DNA of 64,000 bases, from the NCBI GenBank assembly GCA_048885765.1, contig JBHLLI010000001.1, positions 2,592 through 66,591 on the forward strand, in the 5' to 3' direction. The position numbers and the translations under genes were made by a program. This DNA is from Candidatus Hermodarchaeota archaeon. Its GTDB lineage: Archaea; Asgardarchaeota; Lokiarchaeia; Sigyniarchaeales; SOKP01. Shown here piece by piece: positions 35,694-43,301 of this stretch. Every line of letters begins with the position of its first letter. Positions within the stretch are counted from its first letter, which is position 1. The notes under the pieces are model-generated. The model was not told the origin of the DNA. It was given only the letters and a program-made list of their open reading frames with translations, and made no database searches.

Positions 35694-36665
35694 ATGAGAA
35701 TTGTTCGTGCTAGTGCACCAGGTAAATGCATCTTATTTGGTGAACACGCAGTTGTTTATGGCTATCCTGCAATAGCGGCGGCGATATCCTTAAAATCAAC
35801 ATGTATAATTGAGGAATTAAGTGAAAGTAAGATAGAATTAATATTAAAAAATTTTAACCAGAGTTATAAGTTCGAAGATTTGAATGATCTCTTTAAAAAA
35901 ATACCTCCTCAATTGGAACAAATCAAGTATTTGTTTAAAATTATTAACCAACAGTATAATACTCAAATAGAAAAAGTAAAGATTACAATTTTTTCAAATC
36001 TTTTTCCAAGTTCTGGTTTAGGATCATCTGCATCAATAGCAGTTGCTTTAGTAATGGCTTTTAATACTTATTTAAATCTAAAATTAGAAAAAACAGAAAT
36101 CTCAAAGATTGCATTTGAGATGGAAAGAATAATCCATGGAACACCCTCAGGTATTGACAATACAATTTGCACATTTGGCAAATTAATCTTTTTTCAAGGT
36201 CATAAATTCCGTTACTTAGAAGCACCTCAGGACTTTGATATTTTGGTGACATATTCAAATATGGATCACGACACTAAATTAGCCATTGATCAATTAAGGG
36301 GGCTTAAAAATGAAGAACCATTATTTTGTGATTTTATTTTTGACAAAATACGATTCTACACTGAATTAGCGGAATTGGAAATAAATCAGGGTAATTTAAA
36401 TGAGATTGGAAAACTGATGAATATTAATCAAAAACTATTAGCATCTTTAAATTTATCTAATGATTCTATTACTGAAATTGTTAATGTAGCTAATGAGAAT
36501 GGTGCTTATGGATCAAAACTAACTGGAGCAGGATTAGGAGGGTGTGTAATTACAATTGGAAATGATGATATTTTAGAAGAAATTTCCCAAATCTTAAACA
36601 AAAAAGGATATAAAAGCTTGATAGCTAATATTGATAAAGAAGGTGCTATAATTGAAAAACATTAG
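35694..36665 (+). CDS. mvk: mevalonate kinase
   Basis: 323 aa. 'SAPGKCILFGEHAVVYG', the GHMP motif 'PSSGLGSSASIAVA' and 'KLTGAGLGGCVI'. Confidence 0.9.
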   Translation: MRIVRASAPGKCILFGEHAVVYGYPAIAAAISLKSTCIIEELSESKIELILKNFNQSYKFEDLNDLFKKIPPQLEQIKYLFKIINQQYNTQIEKVKITIFSNLFPSSGLGSSASIAVALVMAFNTYLNLKLEKTEISKIAFEMERIIHGTPSGIDNTICTFGKLIFFQGHKFRYLEAPQDFDILVTYSNMDHDTKLAIDQLRGLKNEEPLFCDFIFDKIRFYTELAELEINQGNLNEIGKLMNINQKLLASLNLSNDSITEIVNVANENGAYGSKLTGAGLGGCVITIGNDDILEEISQILNKKGYKSLIANIDKEGAIIEKH

Positions 36666-38550
36666 TGAAGTTATAATTTTAAAATTAGGTGGAAGTTTAT
36701 TAACTGACAAAGAAACACCTTTTTCCCTAAGAGAAGAAATATTACAAAGATCAATAAATCAAATTATTGAGAGTAAAAAAACTATTATTTTAGTCCATGG
36801 TGGCGGATCATTTGGTCATCCTATAGCAAAAAAATACCAAATTTCTCAAGGTATCAATGATTCTGTAAAAGATCAACTGATAGGACTTTCCAAGACACAT
36901 GAAGTTATGAATAAATTTAATTCCATAATAATAAACAAGTTTCTGGATAATAATCAACCTGCTATCCCCATACAACCCTCTAGTTTATTTATCAAGGAGT
37001 TCAATCAAATTTTTGTTAATAATATTGAGTCTATTGAACAACTATTAAATCTTGGAATCATTCCAATCCTTTATGGAGATATAATATTAAGTCGAGAAAG
37101 ATCTTTTTCAATTCTTTCAGGAGATCAGATAATTTTAAAATTATGTGAAAATCTTAGAAATTTTAAAATTTCAAAAGTGATATTTGCTATTGAAAAAGAT
37201 GGTATCTTCATTAGAGATAATGGAAATGTAAAACTTGCTTTAAATTTAACCTCCAAGAATTTAGATGGCCTAAAATTAGCTAATTTAGATCAAAAAATTG
37301 ATGTTACAGGTGGAATAAAAAATAAAATAGAAACCATTAAGGAGATAATAAAATACAATATCCCTGTCCAAATAATAAACGGCTTAAAAGATAGAAATAT
37401 CCTAAAGGCATTGCTTGATGAGTCATTAGAATGCACAACAATTAAAGACCCTTTTAATTCAAGATCTGGAAGTAGGATATACAATCGGAAGATTGAACAT
37501 TTAGAAATCCCATTAAAATATAATGTCCAGCATTCAGCGAACTATTTTGATGACATTAATTTAATCCATCATCCTCTACCTGAACATGAGTTAGAGGATA
37601 TCGATCTCTCATTAGAATTTTTTGGAAAAAATATTTCCGCTCCTATATGTATTGCAGCAATTACAGGAGGTCATGAAATTTCTAAGGCAGTTAATAATAT
37701 TTTAGCAAATGCTGCAAGTACAGAAAATATCATAATGAGTGTGGGTTCTCAACGAATTGGATTGGAAGATCCTTCCACAATTGATTCATTTAAAGTTGTA
37801 CGGGATGTGGCACCTGATATTCCTATCATTGGAAATCTTGGTGTAGGCCAAATATGTGATCCTAACTTTAATTTGGATGATTTTAATAAATGCATTGAAA
37901 TGGTTAATGCTGATGTTATGGCTATACATTTAAATGCTTTGCATGAATTGACTCAAAGCGAAGGCAATCTTTCATATAAAAATTTTGAAGAAACATTTAA
38001 AGAGTTAAGGAAAAAAACTAAAATTCCAATTATCGCAAAAGAAGTTGGGTCTGGAATTAATAAGGAATTAGCTTTAAAGCTAGATTCATTAGGAATTGAT
38101 GGATTTGACATCGGAGGAATGGGGGGTACTAGCTTTGCAGCAATTGAGTCAATACGTGATGATTCCAGCTATGAAGCATATACAAGAAAGATTGCAGATA
38201 CATTTCGAGAATGGGGTATCCCCACCCCAGTAAGTATAATCTACGTTAGAACTATTACTCAAAAACCTATAATAGCAACAGGTGGGCTAAGAAACGGGTT
38301 AGATATTGCTAAAGCAATCTCAATTGGAGCAAATATTGGTGGTTTTGCCTATAAATTTTTAAGGACTGCATGGCAAGACTACAAAAATAACACTCTGTCA
38401 ACTTCAATTAAAGAGATAAAAACATTAAAGCAAGAATTAAGATCCTCACTATGGTTAATGAATCTTAATAAAGTTGATAAACTTGTTAGTAATGAAGAAA
38501 AAAGAGTTATCTTGGGTAGGTTATATCAATGGATAAATCAAGACTATTAA
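36652..38550 (+). CDS. fusion: isopentenyl phosphate kinase (N) + type 2 FMN-dependent IPP isomerase (C)
   Basis: 632 aa. The N-terminal half has 'ILKLGGSLLTDK' and 'VHGGGSFGH' (amino-acid-kinase fold, IPK). The C-terminal half has 'RKIEHLEI', 'AITGG', 'VGSQR', 'AKEVGSG', 'GGTSFA' and 'ATGGLRNGLDIAKA' (IDI2). The TTG start has AGGTG 6 nt upstream and overlaps the mvk stop. Confidence 0.85.
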   Translation: MKNISEVIILKLGGSLLTDKETPFSLREEILQRSINQIIESKKTIILVHGGGSFGHPIAKKYQISQGINDSVKDQLIGLSKTHEVMNKFNSIIINKFLDNNQPAIPIQPSSLFIKEFNQIFVNNIESIEQLLNLGIIPILYGDIILSRERSFSILSGDQIILKLCENLRNFKISKVIFAIEKDGIFIRDNGNVKLALNLTSKNLDGLKLANLDQKIDVTGGIKNKIETIKEIIKYNIPVQIINGLKDRNILKALLDESLECTTIKDPFNSRSGSRIYNRKIEHLEIPLKYNVQHSANYFDDINLIHHPLPEHELEDIDLSLEFFGKNISAPICIAAITGGHEISKAVNNILANAASTENIIMSVGSQRIGLEDPSTIDSFKVVRDVAPDIPIIGNLGVGQICDPNFNLDDFNKCIEMVNADVMAIHLNALHELTQSEGNLSYKNFEETFKELRKKTKIPIIAKEVGSGINKELALKLDSLGIDGFDIGGMGGTSFAAIESIRDDSSYEAYTRKIADTFREWGIPTPVSIIYVRTITQKPIIATGGLRNGLDIAKAISIGANIGGFAYKFLRTAWQDYKNNTLSTSIKEIKTLKQELRSSLWLMNLNKVDKLVSNEEKRVILGRLYQWINQDY

Positions 38551-39912
38551 AATGAATGACCTACTACTCATTTTATTTCAAATAATAATATCAACGATAT
38601 TATTTTGAATTATTTGTGGCATTAGTCCGAATACCTCTATCCCATCCACCGATATGGCATTTGGGAATACTTTTTTCATGATATTATATGCTCCATTTAC
38701 ATCAGCGTTGAATAGAACTCCTTTAGAGGTTTGGAACAAACCTCTAGAAATCCTTTTTCCTACATAATTTTGATGTTTCTTGATTGGTTCATTATCCAAA
38801 AAAGAGCACTTAGAAGTATAACTTTCATTAACAGTTAAGACATAAATTCCTTTTAATTTTGCTTTATATTCGATTTGTTGTACTAATTTCAAAAATGGGA
38901 TTTGTACAAACTTCTGATTATTTCTTTTTCCTATATTGATCTTTTGCTTCCACCCGTTATTATATCCTATTACTATTGTACCAATGTTATGTAAAGTGCA
39001 GTATTCAATTATAATCTTAGAGATCCGATGAAATAAGGTAATAAGTTTATTGTTTCGCGTTAAATGGAGTCTTTGAATTCGTCTAGTTTCCATGAAATTA
39101 CCTTTCTTATTCTCAATGCTTCTATAATATGCTAATTGCTTGTTATAATATTGATTTATAGATTTTATCATCCCACCTTTAATAATAAATGGTTTGCATC
39201 CATTATTATTTACTGCAGTTATGAGATTATTTAATCCTAAATCAATACTTAAAATATGATCTTTATCTAATCCTAAGTCTTCCTCTTCTTTCTCATATAT
39301 AAGCTCAACTTTATATCTTGTCCCTAAAGGGATTATTCTAACTTCTTTTAATCTTTCTGTAACTCTTGTTTTAATAGGATCAATATTTACTCTTTTAGGA
39401 AAATATAGATATCCATTCTTAATTTTACATTGCTGATTGGTAAAAATTACTATAAACTCCCCGTTTTTCTTTTTATAACTTGGAATTTTTGGTTTTTTCT
39501 TAAATTTCTTAAAATTTTTTATATATTCCCTAAGAGTTTTAAAATAAGATTTCCAATTTCGAGTTAGATATTTGAGAATTTGTTGAGATGTTTGAGAAGG
39601 AAGATTCCTATAAGCTTGTGTATATTTTAAAATGAAATCTAGATCATAATAGGTTAAAAGATTATTGAGCTTAAAAAAATCTTGTCTCACATACCAATTG
39701 GCCAAATTATAGAGATTCTTAGCTAAGTAGCATAACTTTGATAATTCTAATGAATATTTTACTTGGACAACTTCAGTTAATTTCACACTAATATTATTAA
39801 AAAACGATTATTATTTAATAAGGTACAGTGTTCAAAATAACTAATCTTTCCAATAATAATATCAAACGAATAAAAAGATACATTTTATAAGAAAGTTATA
39901 TACTACAATCAA
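38551..39912 (-). mobile_element. IS200/IS605-family element remnant carrying only tnpB (boundaries approximate)
   Basis: A TnpB ORF without tnpA lies between the isoprenoid genes. Only 27 nt separate its stop from the convergent IPK-IDI2 stop. Confidence 0.4.
38578..39786 (-). CDS. tnpB: TnpB (IS605 OrfB-type RNA-guided nuclease family)
   Basis: 402 aa. The RuvC triad context is 'SIDLGLNNLITAV', 'VNESYTSKCS' and 'FNADVNGAYNIMKK'. The C-terminal layout is typical of OrfB. Confidence 0.85.
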   Translation of the reverse strand: MKLTEVVQVKYSLELSKLCYLAKNLYNLANWYVRQDFFKLNNLLTYYDLDFILKYTQAYRNLPSQTSQQILKYLTRNWKSYFKTLREYIKNFKKFKKKPKIPSYKKKNGEFIVIFTNQQCKIKNGYLYFPKRVNIDPIKTRVTERLKEVRIIPLGTRYKVELIYEKEEEDLGLDKDHILSIDLGLNNLITAVNNNGCKPFIIKGGMIKSINQYYNKQLAYYRSIENKKGNFMETRRIQRLHLTRNNKLITLFHRISKIIIEYCTLHNIGTIVIGYNNGWKQKINIGKRNNQKFVQIPFLKLVQQIEYKAKLKGIYVLTVNESYTSKCSFLDNEPIKKHQNYVGKRISRGLFQTSKGVLFNADVNGAYNIMKKVFPNAISVDGIEVFGLMPQIIQNNIVDIII

Positions 39913-40305
39913 TTAATATGAATTGCTTTTTCCTTCTATTGAATTTCCTATTTCGTTAATAAAATCAGAAAAAGCCCCGATTTTTCCTTGATATTTTTCT
40001 AGATTATCTTTATAGAGAGTCAGGAATTTATCTGATATTTTTTCTAATTCCTTATTTATTTTTTTCTGATTGTATTTTTTGGATGAAGTTGCGACAAAAA
40101 TAAGATCCCTTTTCTTTATTATTGTAAATCTCTTATCTTTTAGGTCAAAATTTGATAAGCCTCCTTCAGTTAACTGTTCAGCAAACATATTGAGTGCACT
40201 CATCATTGCCCCAAAAAGTTGAGGAGAGACAATACTATCAAATTCTCTGTGAAAAATTGTTATTCCTGAATGCTCCAAAATCCAAATATCTTGTAATACT
40301 TTCAA
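39913..40305 (-). CDS. stand-alone longin-like small protein
   Basis: 130 aa. The pattern is beta-beta ('IWILEHSGITIFHREF'), alpha ('PQLFGAMMSALNMFAEQL'), beta-beta-beta ('LSNFDLKDKRFTIIKKRDLIFVATS'), then alpha. It resembles the open frame upstream of the GTPase gene at 52931-53191. Confidence 0.5.
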   Translation of the reverse strand: MKVLQDIWILEHSGITIFHREFDSIVSPQLFGAMMSALNMFAEQLTEGGLSNFDLKDKRFTIIKKRDLIFVATSSKKYNQKKINKELEKISDKFLTLYKDNLEKYQGKIGAFSDFINEIGNSIEGKSNSY

Positions 40306-40471
40306 TTGGACTCACAGTTAAATCTCTATTAATTATTAGAAGTTATAAAACTATAATGCATTATGGAACTACTTTGAATTTAAATTTACACTTCTTATGC
40401 ACTAGTTATGTTTTTAATCTATTTTTAAGTTTTTGTAGCATTGAACTATGAGAATTAATTTTTGAACAAAA

Positions 40472-40858
40472 TTAAGCAATACTATATTGCTTTATTTGGT
40501 CAAATATGTCATTAAAATCAGATAAATCAAAAGGCTTTTTTAAATATCCATCTGCGTTCGTTTCAAGTGCTTTTACAGCAATTTCTGTTTCAGTTACTCC
40601 AGTAAAATAATATACAAGTATTTTATTGAACTTTTTTGATGACTTTAACATTTTACAAAAATCATATCCATTAGAATCTGGCAGATTTACATCTAAAAGT
40701 ATTAATTTTGGAATGTGAGCTTCTAATTCTTTCATTGCTGAATAAGTACTTTCAACAGCTTTACAGCTATAGCCCTTTGATTTTATAATTATTGTTAATA
40801 ATTTTTCTATATATTTGCTATCATCAATTATTAAAATGTCGTATTTAGAATCCTCCAC
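40472..40858 (-). CDS. single-domain response regulator (CheY-like receiver)
   Basis: 128 aa. 'ILIIDDS', phospho-acceptor context 'LILLDVNLPDSNGYDF' and 'YLKKPF'. Confidence 0.85.
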   Translation of the reverse strand: MEDSKYDILIIDDSKYIEKLLTIIIKSKGYSCKAVESTYSAMKELEAHIPKLILLDVNLPDSNGYDFCKMLKSSKKFNKILVYYFTGVTETEIAVKALETNADGYLKKPFDLSDFNDIFDQIKQYSIA

Positions 40859-41020
40859 ACCCTATCAACCGTAATAATTCTGTCTTTTTTATTTGAATAA
40901 AAAATTTTCTTTACATATTTTTTACAAAAGAATTTTTATTTAAGGTTGGGTTTTTACATAGATTTATGTAACGATATCATAAAATTACCAAAATGGGAGA
41001 ATTTACACACAAATTTTAAT

Positions 41021-42088
41021 TTAGAATTTCCTCGATTTTACAAATTCTAATAAATCTAAATAGAATTCCATTTCAGAATAATTAATCTCATTTTTTAATT
41101 TACTTAGAGATGATTTTGCTTCTTGAAAATACGAATTTGCTAAATCTTTACATGATTGACTAACATTAGCTTTAATAAACAAATCCTTAACACTTTGAAT
41201 ATCACTACTTGTCATATCTGGCTTCTCTATTAATTCTTCAAGTCTCTCTTTATCATCAAATCCTAATTTGTTCAATGCATCAATTAGTAAACATGTTTTT
41301 TTACCCTCTCGAATATCTCCATCAGTAGGCTTACCTGTAACTTTCTCATTTCCAAAAGTTCCTAAAATATCATCAATTATCTGAAAAATAATGCCAAGAT
41401 TTATACCATAAATTGAAAGTTCCTTCATTATGTTTTCTTCAACTTTTGCATAATTTGCACCAATTAAAATTGATTTTTCCAATAACGCTCCAGTTTTTAG
41501 AGAAATCATATTAATATAATCTGTGATTGTCAGATCTTTTCGATTAACCATATCAGTTTCAATTAATACCCCATTAGCTATATCAATAAAACCTTGTTCA
41601 TATAACTTAATAGCTTTAAAATTCAAATCATCATCAAAATTATTCAAAAAAAATGATTCCATTCCTAGAAAAAAAGCTGTATCTCCTCCAATAATACCAA
41701 TAGAATTACCGTAATCGATATCATTCATTCTCTTTAAACTATAATCTTTATAGTAATTTCTATATCTATAATGAAATGAAGGTTTTCCCCGTCTATAATC
41801 ATCTTTATCAATGATATCATCATGGATTAAAGAAGCATTATGAAGAAATTCTACACTTATGCTTGGTAAAACGATCTGATCATCTGGATGTTCTTTAAAA
41901 GCATTATATGTTGCTATACAAAGCAACGGTCTGATTCTTTTACCACCTGAAAGGAAATAATCTTTTAACTCAGAATAATAATGTTTTAAGAAGGAATTTT
42001 CTACCGTTTTTAATTTTCGTTCATAGATTTTTTTGATTGCATCATTAATCTTTGGGATATATTCTTTAGTATATGCTGCAAATTTCAT
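41021..42088 (-). CDS. idsA: trans-polyprenyl (geranylgeranyl) diphosphate synthase
   Basis: 355 aa. FARM 'LIHDDIIDKDDYRRGKPS' and SARM 'FQIIDDILG'. Confidence 0.88.
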   Translation of the reverse strand: MKFAAYTKEYIPKINDAIKKIYERKLKTVENSFLKHYYSELKDYFLSGGKRIRPLLCIATYNAFKEHPDDQIVLPSISVEFLHNASLIHDDIIDKDDYRRGKPSFHYRYRNYYKDYSLKRMNDIDYGNSIGIIGGDTAFFLGMESFFLNNFDDDLNFKAIKLYEQGFIDIANGVLIETDMVNRKDLTITDYINMISLKTGALLEKSILIGANYAKVEENIMKELSIYGINLGIIFQIIDDILGTFGNEKVTGKPTDGDIREGKKTCLLIDALNKLGFDDKERLEELIEKPDMTSSDIQSVKDLFIKANVSQSCKDLANSYFQEAKSSLSKLKNEINYSEMEFYLDLLEFVKSRKF

Positions 42089-42253
42089 TCTATTTCACTT
42101 TTATTGCCAGAAATGTTGTTATATTATAATTATACTAAATTTAATTTGATTCAATAAAAGGAATTTCAGATTTTCAATACTCTTAACTAGAAGAGAAAAT
42201 AATAATTACATTATATATCATAAATTTATAGACTCTTTATCAACTGGATTTTC

Positions 42254-42712
42254 ATGAATGAAATAATAAGAGAAGTTAGAAAAACAGATAGGAAGAAATG
42301 TATTGAAATCATATTAACTAATCTACGTGAAGTGAATAGTAAGAATTATTCTTCAAAATTTATAAAATACTTAGTAAAAAGCTACTCTAAAAATTTTATG
42401 AAACGATCGGGTATTTACACAATAATCATTGAAAAAGAAGGTGAGATAATCGGTACTGGCAGTTTGTCTGATTTAGGTCAAATTCGCGATGTCTTTATTA
42501 TGGTTTCCAATCATCGAAAAGGATTTGGGACTAAATTGATGAAAAACCTTGAAATTGAAGCTAAAAGAAAAAAAATGGATAAATTATTCCTTTACTCAGC
42601 CATTTCCGCTGAAATTTTTTATCAGAATCTTGGATATATAAATATTGATCAGTTGGATCATGGTGAAGGTAATATTGAAATTAGAATGGAAAAAAGCATC
42701 GGATTAGAGTGA
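42254..42712 (+). CDS. GNAT-family N-acetyltransferase
   Basis: 152 aa. The acetyl-CoA site is 'VFIMVSNHRKGFGTKLMKNLE', followed by 'FYQNLGY'. Confidence 0.8.
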   Translation: MNEIIREVRKTDRKKCIEIILTNLREVNSKNYSSKFIKYLVKSYSKNFMKRSGIYTIIIEKEGEIIGTGSLSDLGQIRDVFIMVSNHRKGFGTKLMKNLEIEAKRKKMDKLFLYSAISAEIFYQNLGYINIDQLDHGEGNIEIRMEKSIGLE

Positions 42713-43294
42713 TTTAAATTGATTTGTTTGATTTTTTAGTTTTTTTAAAAAATCTTCCATTTCTTCCTTTCTAATAAGCCCAATCTCTTTTCCTTTCTTG
42801 GTTACTAATGAGTGAACCAATTCATTACTGAATTTTTCGATAAGTTTAACAGCGCTCTTAAGATCTGGAGTCCAATCGTCTATTCCAACTATTGAAAGGA
42901 TTCGACTTATTCCCATTGCTCCCATAAAATCAAGGGTGTCTGCGTCATGAAAAATTTTTGACTCAATATTATTTTCTGGTTTAACATAAAACATATGACT
43001 CTTAATTATGTCTTTAACCAATGAAATTTTTACTGAAGGATAATTTATAGAAGCAAGTATGGCATCACAATTCTCAATAGCAACGACTGAGTGGTCCTTC
43101 CCCTTTTGTTTATATGGTTCAAATGCACCAATGTCATGTAAATAGGCTGCAGCAAATATTGCATCCTCATCCAAATCAATTCCTTCTGCTTGTGCTAATT
43201 CAAAAGATAACTCAAAAACACGAGTAAAATGATTGAATCCCCAAGCTGGATGTTGGAAGTCTTTCACCATTTCTAATAATTTATTCTTCCACAA
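42704..43294 (-). CDS. HD-domain phosphohydrolase
   Basis: 196 aa. 'HFTRV...AAYLHDIGA' and 'FHDADTLDFMGAMG'. Confidence 0.75.
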   Translation of the reverse strand: MWKNKLLEMVKDFQHPAWGFNHFTRVFELSFELAQAEGIDLDEDAIFAAAYLHDIGAFEPYKQKGKDHSVVAIENCDAILASINYPSVKISLVKDIIKSHMFYVKPENNIESKIFHDADTLDFMGAMGISRILSIVGIDDWTPDLKSAVKLIEKFSNELVHSLVTKKGKEIGLIRKEEMEDFLKKLKNQTNQFKSL

Positions 43295-43301
43295 ATATAC
43301 T

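Noticed and set aside
40194-40451. 85-aa plus-strand ORF spanning the 5' end of the longin-like gene and the intergenic region
   Set aside because: Its first third is antisense to a better-supported gene. The rest is AT-rich intergenic sequence with hydrophobic low-complexity translation.
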